From positions 31,434,001-31,498,000 of the forward strand of contig OZ249437.1 of the NCBI GenBank assembly GCA_965235115.1: a DNA stretch of 64,000 nucleotides. The letters are read 5' to 3'. Below are positions 39,704-53,927 of the stretch, piece after piece. Position 1 is the stretch's first letter, and each line of letters starts with the position of its first letter. Both the position numbers and the translations under genes were made by a program. The notes beneath the pieces are model-generated. The model did no database searches. It saw only the letters and a program-made list of their open reading frames with translations, and was not told where the DNA came from. Source of the stretch: Laetmonice hystrix (Eukaryota).

Positions 39704-41660
39704 CATTTATACCGACACGAATTACCCCTACAAATAGAACGTTACTTCCAGTTTTCGAGACAGTTTCAAACAGTAACTGTGTAGAGATTTTTATTAACAC
39801 TTTGCTTTATATAGGCCTACTCTATAAAACTATTTTCCTCCCAAAGATTCCAGAATATTCGAGAATCCTTTAGGGCGTCTCCAATAGTGACCGATCATAT
39901 CGAGTTCAAACTTTCAACAGTTTACCATAGTAACGTCCCAGTCACTGGCTCAGTAATTGAATGGCAGTCAGGACCCCCATGTTAACCCAATGAGGCAGCA
40001 TGTAATTAGGTCAGGAAAACCTTTACCGAACCATCTCGCAGCTGTCAATAGTCCACCAAGAAACCAGTCTATGTTTACCCTAGGGTAAATTATGTTCACC
40101 CACCCAAATTACTTGGAAGAGAAGAGGTATGATGGATGACAAGGTCCGGTCATAAACTGACAACACCGTGGGATCTGATCCTCTCCACAGGGAATACGAT
40201 CTCTTAAAGGAATACCTTTGCATGATCCACCATATCAAAAGTCGGATAACACTAAAACCCAACTACGTTATTTTTGGAATTCTTTACCAAACCCAATGCT
40301 CCGCCCGAAAGTGCCATCAAAGTACCAGTATCTAATTATTCTGTAGAAGGGTTTCCTTTAAAACCTTTGACTAAAATACTGATGACCTGCTTATGGTAAA
40401 ACACTGGCCTTGTATTGTGCTTCAACAGATGACAGTTGGACTAGGTGTGTGAGACCATAAGGTCTAATATCATCCACAACGTGACAGCGGCAACCTATCA
40501 CTTTCAGCCAATCTTGGTATGTGCGCCGCTGATTAGTTCAACCACACCACCTGCCGCGTAGTCGTACAATGACCTTCACGACCACAACGAGGCAAGATTT
40601 CCTTCCTTCCTCACCGCCCAACAATAGAAGCTTGACCCAACCAGTTAACTCACACAAACATAAGTCAACAAGACTATGACAATATGACCATGTATGATGT
40701 ATTGATATGTAACCGAGAAAGTGACACTGATACAGTCAGTACGCATGTCGTCAAATTATGGACTTCATTCCTCAAGAGTTAAAAGGATAACAGATGGACA
40801 CTGTTTAGGTCCAATGCGCCGGGAAGTCCGTATGATGACATTCTAGGAGCCGATGAGAGGTGGATGGTAGAGATATGGGGGTTTCAAGTGGGTAAGGAGA
40901 TGTGGGGATTGGTGGATGGCTCTTTGGTTGACCTATGCCGAGGAGGGTCTGTCGCTTTAGAGATAACTGTACGGGGAGAAGCGGGCTTACACAGATAGGA
41001 GATTCGATCCCACCAGGCTGGTAGAAACAAGAGTTGAAGAGCTCGGGGCGACCGGGGGGCATCTGAAGAGCCTGTCTGGAACTTAATGATAACTAGAGAG
41101 AGCAAATGCCCTTTAGATGACGAGTTGTCAGGGATATGGGCACGGCGCTGCACTGGCCGATTAACACCGAACGCATCGTGATAACAATGGCCCTTTTATG
41201 GCCCCTCGCTGGCATGGTGGCTGAACACAGGCCCATAGCATGCCGTGTATCATTCCACAATAGCCAGTAAGCCTGCATCACATTCATTTCTTATCATCAG
41301 TTGCATCAGCCATACATCATTCCTTTTCTTTTGTCTGCGTATCTCGCACAATTACCCATATGATCTCATTTATTTGTAAATCCCAGTGCAATTAATGAAC
41401 ATGATTTTCAATAAAGAAACTTTATTTGGGATGAGGGAGTTGAATTTGTCGGGACTGTAGAGATTGATCACACTACACCCCCACATAGAGACTCACGTGA
41501 AATGTCAGTGACCGACCTGAACGAACTTCTACTATCCATCACACCGTTAGGGTGGCCTAATAGTTTGTCGGCTCCGTGTACTAGTAGTATTCAATGCTCC
41601 TAATGTTGGGATTTGGAAACAGCAGCATTATCTGCTAGCTGGACTGGGTTTGAAATTTTC

Positions 41661-41700
41661 TTTTTCGCCTCTGCAACAGTAAGGGTCATATCGACGTGGT
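41661..41700 (-). mobile_element. Short degenerate fragment resembling the 3' end of the SINE at 24171-24436
   Basis: TTTCGCCTCTGCAACAGTAAGGGTCATATC aligns to TTTACGCCTTGCAACAGCCAGGGTCATATC (about 24191-24220). No head or TSD is visible. Confidence 0.4.
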
Positions 41701-44700
41701 CAGTTTGATGCATTGTCTTCTATCATATATCTATAGAGACCACTGGGGCAGGGTCACCTGACCAGAGCTCTGTACAGACCAAGTGCCCGGTCTCAACATC
41801 AGCTTCAACGTTCACGTTTTTAGGTTGGGTAAGGACTGCCAACACCTGCTTATCCCAGAAAGAATCCGTCATTTAAAAAAAGAAAATGTTACTTTTCGAA
41901 CAGAATTACTGAAAGCTACAACCTGAGCCTCCATTTGCCCACATTAACCAAGAGAATAAACAGTTATGAGCTATGGAGGTCAGGGAAAGGTGACGTCATC
42001 AACATAATCTGATGACGTAACATGTAATTGTCACGTTTTATGATACGTCAGACCTACGTTATTCCCCGCCCGGAGTCATCCTTTTAATGTTCATAAAGCG
42101 ACTTCTAGAATAATATCTCATGTTTTCAAATCCATACTTTCAAGACACTGGGTGACCTCATCTGACCAGGTCCTTTTTATTATGATAACCAGTGACAATA
42201 ATCTGTCTTGGGATGACACTGAGTGAATGTATCGACTCAAGGGCTAGATTTACCAATTAGGTCACCTGTAATATCCTAATACTGTGCTACAATATCCACC
42301 GGCCTGGTTGGCACACATCCCGGCCTCACACGCAGTTTTATAATGGATTAACTTTATACAGTGTCATCATTAACCTCACTCAGTGAGAACATTATTATCT
42401 CACGGTCCTCTTCCACTTCCTGCTTCTTTCATTTCTTTCTCTTCTCCTTTTTTTGGCAGTATTATTGTGGGAGGAAATGATTCTCAGTATATATGTTCCT
42501 GGGTGCAGGCCAGGATAAATCTCTCTACAGACCGCTGAGGTGTGAATCGTAAGATTCCAACACATCTGTTCCAACCACTTCATCCACAACCAAATTAAGA
42601 CTACTCCCAGTCATGTGTTAGTTAACGCTGCACTTTAGGTTGGCATACAGTGTTGTAACACTACACTATAAACGTTCTCTTGTAATGACCCAAGATCAAA
42701 GTCCTTCTTGGAAGTGTTTTAGTCCACATACAGCAGTAAAGTGGAGGCCAAGTCAATATATTACATCTGGTGCCTGATAATGACAATAAATGCACCAATC
42801 ATAAGTCTACCTTTTTCACTTGTCACTTTTTTCCAAGTTCACAGTTCACATGGTGAAGGCCTAACCGGTGACTTTAATTGTAATTCTCAACCAATCCTTA
42901 TATTATATGGGACATCGCAGGTGACTATAATGATACCGTATGTTGATTGTACCAAGTTATTATGAAACTAATACGCTCGGATCATACAAGTATATAAAAT
43001 CGGTTTCACAGCTTTAACGTTAAGAATAATAGGTCGCTTTCTTGGTAATGCTCAACTGGCCATCACGCAGGGCAAGGTCCTATATAGAAAGTCACCCACC
43101 CACCCACCCACCCCCAAGTAATATCCATCCTTGTCCTGAACCAAATTCTACCCCGTTGACACCACCCAACGTATAACCTCTACCCACCATATATACTTTT
43201 GTATACATATTGATTTTATGGCTTTTAATGACGTCAAGTGATTTGATTTTTAAGGTAACTGAAGCAAACCAGGTCCGCCCTCCTATAGTACCTCCGTTCT
43301 CTGACACGGAACCGTGGTCGGTGTTACCTGTCTCCAGCAGCCCCACCCGCAGGTTTGCCCACGGTTTAATATGTTGTTAGCCGTGACAGATGATCTCATT
43401 ACGTGCTCCCGTGGAAGCCACCTGTAATGATTATACATACATCCACTGTTTAATATGAACTAGCCTCAGGTAACTAATTAGATGATGAATTTAATATACG
43501 ACTTTGAGTGATTTTCTGCCAGGGCCGGTGACCCACACCTGTTGGGAACGATGATGCTCAGATAAAAACCACACTGAAGTTTTTTTATTACTGAGGAGGT
43601 GGGATAAGATCAGCAGGCTTGATCTCCGCACAGTTCTATAATAACCTGCCAGTCAGACCATAGAGTACCAGTTCCATACAAGGCATAAGTTTAGCTATAA
43701 TTTATAGTCAGAAAAATTGTTACGGCCTTCGTATAATCTACTAACCATCTTCAAAGTGTTCCGTACAAAATGATCCCCACAATATGATATTGACGAATTA
43801 TACATTTTGTTAGTTATACACTGTTATCAAGGCATTTCAATCGACCTAGTAATTCCACTAATGACATCTGTCATTTCGGAAAATTATTTTTCATTCATTT
43901 AATCAATTTTCCTCAGCAGCACATTTGAAGATTAACGCTAAGCATGAAACGCTTTGATAATAAACACTAGAAGTCGTCGTTATACGGGTTCCGTCTGTCA
44001 CACCCAGATATCTGTCCACAACCCGGTACTGCTGTCTCTGGGCTGACTACAGACAGCATCACGCTCAGATCGAGAGGCATCCCTCCTCCTTCTTCTGCTT
44101 CAGTCCCTGTGATCAGACGGTTCGATCATCACCCAAGTCAAACAGGGTAAACGTTACCGAGTCGTCGCCCTCACTCCCACCCTGCCCGCTGAGTGATCAT
44201 CTAGTTATATATAGTGAGTGAGGATCTGGGGGTTTGGTTCGGACGTGGTCAGGCGAGGCCGGCCGTCTGGCTGGAGAATGGCGGGGGGAGAGGAGGGATC
44301 CGGTGGGTGGGTGGGTGGCGGCGACAGTCCCTGCCTGCCCTCAGACATCCACTGCGCCAACCCACATCACGTGGACAGGAATCGCTTTCAGTGCTCGTCC
44401 TTTCTCCAGGGGTCGGACTCCCTGGAGATCCATCCATCCGGTGGAAGGACAGGGACCGACAAACGCTGGGGCCACCCAGTCTCTCCAGACCACTCTCTCC
44501 GTACGGAGTATCTACACCCTGCACCCCGCCCACACACTCCCACCTCACCGATCCCGGGTGGGGTCTGTACGGTACCACAGGAACACTCGGCGGTCGGGTG
44601 GTGGCCACCAACAACCCCCCATCAACCACGTCCCAATTCCGACCTCTATTTTCGTTATTTTCATTAAATGTATTCTTTTTAAGCTGCCTACTTAACATGT

Positions 44701-47700
44701 CATGTGGGCAAACTGGTTGGCTGTTTAATTACTGGTGGCCCTGGTAGATACGTTCACCTATTCATCAGGCTCCACTCGTACGTACAGAGGTCTTCCAGTG
44801 ACAGCGACTGATGCCGTCTTAATACGCCATCGACAGGCCCAGATCAATGAGGATCAACCCTAATGGAAATGTTACCAACCTAATTACGAGAAGAAGAGTC
44901 AAATTCTATTAAACTGGTGCCTGTCAGTGTCATCCAAGGCTTTCTTTTCCAGGCAATAAATTGTTGGGTAAAAGCTGAAAATTTAGGCTGGTTTTATGGG
45001 TGTTGATCCTTTTAAAAACCATAACCGTTAACAGCAATACTACAATTTAATGAAACAGGACCACCAATAATATAGCCCCTTCTTGGCCCTCGAGACTTGT
45101 GAGGACATTTCACCTTGTGAAGACCTGCAGACATTCTTTAATACGGCGCCATTCTTAACCAGCCAGACATCATCCCACATACATCCTACATTCCTATTGG
45201 GATGCACACCAAACAAAGCTCTAATGAAATACGTCGAAAAATATTTTACATTTATGCACATAATCTTTAAGGAAAGAAAACACCTCCATCGCGGTTTCTT
45301 CAATTTCCAATAACATGCACTTAATGGCTTTGTCTGTGCCTCTTGCTGGCATTGACAGACTGCGAACTTAGATAGAGACGGCATAGGAACTGAGATAATG
45401 GGCCCACTAGAATCTCAAGTGCTATCAGAGGCGTTTGCTACTCAATTAGTCAGCAGTGGATTAATTAACATGTAAAGAGATTAAAGTTATGCCTGGGGAC
45501 TGTGGCTGCCGTCAGCATTCCTAAGACGACTCTAGCGTCCTATATTGTAGCAGAGTGTCTCTTTCAGAACAGGAATCTCCCACTCAATCTACATGCATAT
45601 TCCTTCTAGTATCAGTCTCCATCAGCGTCCCACACATCATATTCATATACCATTTCCGCCACTTTAAAATGAAAGCTGGCGGAGGAAATTTTCCTAAACT
45701 TGGGAACTTCACTACTTGAAACAGCAAAAAAAGCTTTAAAACATTTCGAAAGATCTGGCACGGCTTTTCCAGGAAAAAAGGCACATATAGACATTATACG
45801 TGTTAAGCCTCATTCCTACAATTAAGCCAATTACCCAGGTATCTAATCTTATATCAATCAGTAAAGCTATAGTGTCCTTTTTGATCATTCTGCGTCAGCT
45901 TTTTATCTTGACACATAGGCATGGGGAGATTAGATCGACGTCAAGAAGAGCCATGAAGACAACAGGCAGGAGGCATGCTGCTCGGCCAATTACGGCTTGC
46001 AGCAATGTAAACGACATTAGACGTGGTAACTGATCTTGATGAGCGAGCTGTTAATGCAATCTTCTACTCACCGTATCCACTTCAGTTTGTAGTCGCTAAA
46101 TGACGTGAAACCATCAGCCTAAACATCCCAAAATTCTAACAAGAAAAAAACCCATACTTCCGCTGATTACAAAAAATACCTCCTAATGGCGTTATTTTTG
46201 CTTGGTTTGCAGTTAAAGTAGGAACCATAACTACATATTTCAGATAATTCAGATAGAACGTAGAGCCGATACCTTTCACGTTTCACTCTCCATGTATTCC
46301 CCATTCACGTCCTCACTCCTGACACAGCTGCAGTCGGCCCTGACAAACTCATGTCACCACTCCATACAAACAAACCCTCTAAAACGGAAACTCTCCATAA
46401 AGAACATTCTCATATCTGTGAGGTCTCAAGCTCAAGTCAGGTCAGTAGTGCATTGACTGTGAATTGATATTCCGGTCCTTCTCTGCTGAGGGCCATTGAG
46501 ACATCTGGCCCTAGACAGGGCCTTTATTCCTTGGAGGCATCTCGAAGGCAATACCTGTAGTCTTCAATTACCATCAAGTCTGCGCGGGTCCTTGAAGGTC
46601 ACCGGTAGGACTTTCCAAGGTTAATCTGAACTAAGCTGAGAGTAATATCAAGTTGATGCCAAACAGGCTGGGACATCTTAATTCGATTTCTCTCGGCTGT
46701 GGACACATGATGCTTGCTGCCTTGCATGCTTGCTGACTCCACGACATTGGACTCCCAGAGAACAGTCTGCTTCCATATTACAATGTCAAAACCGTCAGAT
46801 ACTTAAATGCTACATGTCAATACCATCAGATCTTCCGATCATCGTCAAGGAGAAGGATGCCGCTCGACACGCTACCCTCATTCTCACGTTTTTACCTTGA
46901 CCGCCTCTTTGCCCATTTGCCCAATTCTGCCGCGTTTCACCATCGCAGACTAATGTCGCGCAATTACTGAGAATTTCCAAATCTTCTGTCAAGTACAGCG
47001 CCCTCAGTAGTGAACAGCTTCACAGTCAACACCAATGCCATAGCTGCCTGCCGTCGTGCCTGTTTTCTTTTTCTTTCCTTTTTCATCCTTTTTACTTAAA
47101 TATTTATATGAGACATATGATGACATGCCTTATTGTCATGGTAACATTTTTTTGATTAACGATACAAAGACAGATCCCTTGAGCCGTGTTTTTCCCCCCT
47201 GACGTGGAACATTCCCTCACTTTATCAGCAGTACACTCGATGGATAACAGACCACCAATTTTTGTACTGCCATATGACAGCCGAGTTCACAGGCTGAATA
47301 GACGGCAAGAACCAGTCGACGTCAGGGAATCTGCTTACCATGACACAGACACTCCAGGCTGGCTGTGTCGCCATGGATTCTACTGTTGCATTCCGACGAA
47401 TCTGTTCGTCTTCATTAAAAAAATTAATTATCTACGCTTCTCACTCGTCAGTGAGTCTGTCACTGCGTCAGACACAGGCTTTGTGCTCTTACGGTCAATT
47501 CCAACCAGATTTAAACAAAACCGGTTGACAAATTAAATGCCTTCATCCTGCATTTCAGCACTATCTACTTTAAGACTCAGGTTTTGATGTTAAGCGGCTT
47601 AGACATTTGAAAGGAAACTTATTACTCCAGTTGACCAAGTTCCCATTGTTTTTCTCCGTTTTGGCGTCCGCATATGTCAAAATTTTGTCTTGCATTCTTG

Positions 47701-48580
47701 ATTTTACCATCGGCCCCCAACTTTATCAAGTTAAATTTATACGGTCGGTCGGTGGCAAATCTTCTAGCTCGAGTCTAACATGTAGGAAGTATAATATAGA
47801 AACATGAGTCTACAAGATTCAGAGCGTTGGAAGATACCAGCTGATATTTCTGAAATTAATATTAATTTTCTTTGTCTTCTTTAGTACGTGGCAAGAACAC
47901 AACCTTTCGGCGACAGTTATTGCTATATTGGCATTATTTTGCTATTGCTTTAATAATTCAATATTGCTTAACGAGTAGACAAGACGTACTTCCACATGTC
48001 CAAAACCGAGCGAAGAAACAATACCAAGGTCTATTTTGATGAGATCTTGAAGGTATATGGGCACAATAACTAATCCCTCATCTGATTCCTTTAAATCTGG
48101 CCACGACATAACGACACAAAAACAATTGAAACCATGGAGATTGCACCGGAAACACTGAAGATGGGACTTATTTACTGCCATATTGACAATAGTGAATCAA
48201 TGTATTGTAGGGACGATTACACATCGGACATGGATATAATGAGCTTGTTGTCTTGTTCTGGTAGAAGCCGCACAGAATGCCGCCAATTAGTGGCCACCAG
48301 TCTGCATGGACAGCTGCAGGTTGTGGTCGTTGGTCGCGGCTTATGGCTCTCTTACGTTATGTGCATGTCGAATGGAACATTGCTCTGGAGCGTGCGGCCA
48401 TCGAGAGAGTGGAGGAATAATGAAGTTAGCTCAACAGCTGACTATCCGCCCTAATGAAGGCCACTGATGGATTTCAACCACCAGAGACTGGCAGTGTGGT
48501 CCGGGGGAACGCTCGAGATCGAGCGGGGATGAGGGTGAGGTGGGAGGGGGTGGGGGTGGAAGCGGGTAAACAGGCCATTA

Positions 48581-49377
48581 CGGTGGGATTGGAAGCGGGT
48601 CTTGGGATTGGAAACAAGTCTTCACGGTGGGATTGGAAGCAGGTCTTGGGATTGGAAACAGGTCTTTACGGTGGGATTGGAAGCGGGTCTTGGGATTGGA
48701 AACAGGCCTTTACGGTGGGATTGGAAGCGGGTCTTGGGATTGGAAACAGGTCTTTACGGTGGGATTGGAAGTGGGTCTTGCCTTGGGATTGGAAACAAGT
48801 CTTTACGGTGGGATTGGAAGCGGGTCTTGGGATTGGAAACAGGTCTTTACGGTGCGATTGGAAGCGGGTCTTGGGATTGGAAACAGGTCTTTACGGTGGG
48901 ATTGGAAGCAGGTCTGGGATTGGAAACAGGTCTTTACGGTGGGATTGGAAGCGGGTCTTGGGATTGGAAACAGACCTTCACGGTGGGATTGGAAGCGGGT
49001 CTTGGGAGTGGAAACAGGTCTTTACGGTGGGATTGGAAGCAGGTCTGGGATTGGAAACAGGTCTTTACGGTGGGATTGGAAGTGGGTCTTGCCTTGGGAT
49101 TGGAAACAAGTCTTTACGGTGGGATTGGAAGCGGGTCTTGGGATTGGAAACAGGTCTTTACGGTGCGATTGGAAGCGGGTCTTGGGATTGGAAACAGGTC
49201 TTTACGGTGGGATTGGAAGCAGGTCTGGGATTGGAAACAGGTCTTTACGGTGGGATTGGAAGCGGGTCTTGGGATTGGAAACAGACCTTCACGGTGGGAT
49301 TGGAAGCGGGTCTTGGGAGTGGAAACAGGTCTTTACGGTGGGATTGGAAGCAGGTCTGGGATTGGAAACATGTCTTT
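48581..49377. repeat. G-rich minisatellite, 44-bp unit x~18, built of two related half-units, with a 311-bp higher-order duplication
   Basis: The unit is GGTGGGATTGGAAGCGGGTCTTGGGATTGGAAACAGGTCTTTAC. The diagnostic variant GTGGGTCTTGCCTTGGG occurs at 48771 and 49082, and the variant order that follows is identical in both blocks. Confidence 0.97.
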
Positions 49378-52300
49378 ATTGTGTCTTGATAAACCTCGGA
49401 CGATTTACATATAGCACGGACTCCATGGAGCAGACCCAGCAGCCCCCACCCTACCTCACTGAACACTCTGCCAACTGCCGATGTGAACCACATCAGAATT
49501 TCTATAACACGTCTCCCCAGTCCGGAGAAAAAAATGGATCACAGGTCCCATAAAATGAACGGTGCCCAGAATAACATGTTGGCTTTCAACAGGCGGACGA
49601 GCCCCAGGAATGCTATCCATTCCCATTAGACAATCGTTTTCCAGGCCCAACCAGTGTCGACAGGACAAAACCAAAGTGATTGAACGCCTGAAACGATCGG
49701 TTAGAATCAAGCCCAACCAAGTTACAATGATGTCATTCTAAACAGAAGCAGAATCAATTTACTCAGTAATGACCCAGTAAAACTATTTTCATTCAAGTGC
49801 TCTTTCACAAATTATCCCACACATGAATTAATTTGGATTCTGACCCGGAATAGAGGTCTCCTACTGTTGGGATTTGGTATCGGCCAGGCGGCCTGGTGCC
49901 GGTGAAACTAGGTTACACAGTTCATCAGAGACCTGACTCGGAATGCCTTACCAAGTGATTATGGAGGAATTTTAATACACGACTCATTAAATGTGGATTA
50001 TACATGTGCACCACCAGGCAATCGCTGGTAAATCGTGGAAGCGATTTGACCCAAGTGTTTATTTGACTGGCCCTGATCCTGTTCAATAGAAGGGGGTATA
50101 CAAGCGGCAGAAAGGGGGCGGATCAGCCGTGGCCCTATATTTAAAGTGGTGGTTTGAAGCATGTGGCCAGGCCGAGGCCACACGGCATGGTGCCGGGGCC
50201 AAACATCACAGCCTGACCTGTGCCAGACTCGTTCTGTGGTTTACACGAGTATTTATGGACTCACAACAAAAACAATCACTTGTCCCCTACAAGCACTCAT
50301 ACCACATGTTCAGTTAAGTAATTACAAGCCTTCCTATTCCAGCAGCTGGTGTTCCAAATTATTATTCGCTTTCTTATAATATATTCTTTACAACACAACT
50401 GTTGCACTTAAAAAGTCAACACCAACTTAACTAATCAGCGCCCCCCCACACACACACACCTCACTAATAGTGAAAACTAATAGTGAAAAACAAAATCGAG
50501 ATGGACCCTAATATATCAAAAATGAAAAATAACGAACTGATCTGATAAACAAACACGGTCTTCTAGCTAACATGGCATAGTGCCCTCAATGTTAAGGGGA
50601 ATGGCTCGGGAGAGGTCAAAGCAATAATAGGCTGAGTGATAGGGCAGGCCAATATAGACAGAAAAACAATACCACTGATTCGAACAAGATGGCGCTCAGT
50701 ATATAGGCCTACTTCGCACAGGTTCGCTTCTCAAACTCCCAGTGAAAATGTTTCTTAGTTCCTCAAACTTTCTCAATGAAATTACAACGTAATAAGATTT
50801 ATTCATTGCCTCAACTCTCAAATATTCATACCTGTTTTTTTTAATCAACATTTCCCCTACCCAATCCAGATTTATTTTTATTCCATCCATTCATTTTCTC
50901 TCGCCTAGCCTTTGACTTTGTAACACAGCTTCCCTTGCTCCAGCGGCTGGCTCCTGTGTTGACAGTGGTCCATCCAATCACATGCTTGCCCTCTCACACA
51001 TCACTTACAAGGACCCCTTTCACGAGATTCCCCCTTCACACCGAAAATTACCAATGGTACTAGGCTCCATTATGCAAAGCAAATTCGGCCACAAATGTAA
51101 TAAGCAGACACTAGGTCAAGTAATGCAATATGGCATGTTGCACACTTTGTGATGCCGCTCTCAGCGCGGCTGGGGTGGCTATAGAAGGTACTCGGCCAGA
51201 CACCACTGCCGTCTTGGGTGAGGCCTTTATTGACTGTCTGGTATCTATAGTGGGGTTAGCGCTCGTTTTAATCGGACCAACACAAAAAGGTGCTCTTTTT
51301 CCCAGGCACTCTTGATATATGCGCTGCAGCATCGAGACCAAGACACAGAACTTTGCTGATCCCTAGAAGTAACCAACTTTCCCCCATGACCTACGTACGT
51401 ATTCCTACGCATTATAGTATACTTCTATCTAGAAGACAGGCTGTAGTGTGGGGGCAGTATACTAAACACTATACCTGTCGCCACCACTGGACCTCAAAGA
51501 GGGCTTTTGTAGCGATTCATCTCAGCAGCAGGAAGAACTGCGGGTGATTCGATTGTTTTTGTACAATTATTGTCACCGACTTTCTGACAAAGCACCCCAA
51601 GGTGTGAACCTTTCCGCACGAATTTCACCTAATTGTGTCGACCGCGAACCTTGTCACCTGAACACCATGGACATCGGGAGTCGCGATTCCTGGAATGTCA
51701 CCAGAATCGTTCAATTTTCTAACCTATCGTCTTTACTTATCATATCGGCCTCAGGTTGGCAGGGTGGTGGAGAGGGGCGTAGTTTGATAAATCATCCACC
51801 TCAGTGAGGTGGTCACAATTACAGCCTCAACATGCCAGTTCCAGTCGGGACAACTGAAAGGGCACTCGCCGCCCTGACACTGTGATAGATCATCAAAGTG
51901 ATCAAACCTGAGCCAGCCACCAACATTAACGTGGAAAATTTCCTTTATGGATGTAAAAAAATAAGGATATATCACCCACGTAGTCTCTTTAATCTTCATC
52001 AGTTAGAGAAATCAATTCCCTTGCCTCTGCGCCGTCAATAAAGTAAGGATTACAGACTTTTATGTCAAAGAATGGACCCACACATGTTAAATCTGCAACC
52101 CATGGGATTGATTGCTAAAATTTTCAATAGAGGGATTCGTTAAATATATATACAGTGTACGGCACTGCCACCACAGAGAGAACATGACTGAAATCGCCTA
52201 CTGTTAAATCCACCAACGGCTGTTTCAACATTTCAACATGAAATACATGGAACACTGTTCAAATGATAGACATAGGTAGGGCTATACCATTGCCTTTGCC

Positions 52301-53927
52301 AGTCACCAACAATGCTTGCGAAGGATGTGCCACGGGCCTGGCATGTTTCAGATACGTAGTCTTTTATCAAATGAAAGGAATGGCGTGCAATGGCCAGACT
52401 GAGAGTCGAGCTGGTAGTGCGGTTCCAATGTTTCCGAGTACTGCTGGCGAAGGGGAAGAGCCTGCTGGACTTGGAGACTAGACTGACAGTCCAGCTGCCT
52501 AGAACGGTTACAATGTGTCTACTGCCAGGTGTGTGCGACCAATATATCCAGGCTGATGGCTGGTGGCTAATGCACACAGAATTCCTAGAGAGGTCGAAGG
52601 TGGGCGCTCACCCCACACTGCCTCCCTCCAGGGTCCCTTCTTTCTCCAACACCGTACGACCTTCCGGTCTGGGTGCATCCATTACCACTCAGCTTACTCT
52701 CCGACTTACACCATCAACATTTCTAACGGCTACCAAACAGTATATCACAAAACTGAAAAGGAGAAAAAGAGACCACCTGTTTAAAAAACCTGAATCACTT
52801 AGCAGTACGTTTCAGCCAAATAGACACAACCATGCCGGTGGTAGGTCTCAGTATACGGTAAATACTTTCAGGTGGGACGTGGAGAGGGTTCACACACTGT
52901 GACACACACTGTACAAGAGGTCACTTTTTTTGCCCCGTTATGGCAGAAGAGACCTACGACTTTCGATTCCCGGTGGCCGGAATGACTGACGCACCGCGCT
53001 CCAGGAGGACTGAAAACCGACCCGGCCCTTTACCGGCCTCCGGGCGGCCTCCTCCACCCTGGAGACACCGCTGGGGTGTTCAGCGGATAACTTACCCAAC
53101 CCTACTACTGCCCGTCACCCCCACCCCCCCCCCCCCCCCACCTCGCTCCACTCCAACACACCTCACCCCCTGTGGCACCCAACACTTGCTGAACAAATTA
53201 CTTTACAAGTTAAACCAGCACTATGTAAACACAAAAACAATTTCCCTTTGGCAAGGCCCATTTAACCTTGGTGGTCGGCTGGAGAAACAAGAGACATTAT
53301 AACATCTAATGTTTCCAGTCATTGTGTTTGGACTTTCCATTCCCTGTGTTACTCCTCAGTAAACGTTAACACCGTACACACTCAACACAAATCTGACAAA
53401 ACGGAGGCATTTTTTCATCCTTCCTTCTTCACTTACTCAAGCCGAGTTATATCTTGTCAACAGAACGGGCCTTTCAACGACTACACGATGAAAGTTTACA
53501 TAAACATTCTTTTTTTTTATGATGACAGCAACAGAGCCTGTTCTAAGACAACCCCCGTTAGGTGTAACGTTGCATGACCTTTGTCACAGAAAACCTTTTC
53601 TCGTTCTCAAATTTAAAAATCCTAGACCTAACCGTAGAACCCTATCAGTCTCCTGTCTTTAGAAGGTCATCTGCTTTGAGCGGATAATTATTTAGCTTTC
53701 AAAATTTTGTGTAGTTGAATTGGGATTTGTTCTTAAAAGTTTCCCGAAAAAAAAGAGAGAAAACAATAAAACCACTTTAGAAAGGTTAGTATTTGAACCT
53801 GTGACGGCCCTGACAAACACTGGTTTTACCATATGTTTGTGATCAGGTCTTCAGCCTGGGTACAAGCGGCTACATCCAAGGGAGAGCAGGCCACGTGATC
53901 TCCTGTTCACTGCTGAGCAAGACGTAC

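Noticed and set aside
48489-48500. TGGCAGTGTGGT matching the 5' end of miR-34
   Set aside because: The match stops after 12 nt and there is no precursor hairpin.
48454-49553. Three long ORFs (270-311 aa) as protein-coding genes
   Set aside because: They lie within a 44-bp satellite that lacks stops in every forward frame, and the variant units contain frameshifting indels. Kept only as a speculative finding.
52290-52330. PVTNNACEG resembling the Mutator transposase RTNNxxEG motif
   Set aside because: The following residues do not fit (no WH/F), and no other transposase segments are nearby.
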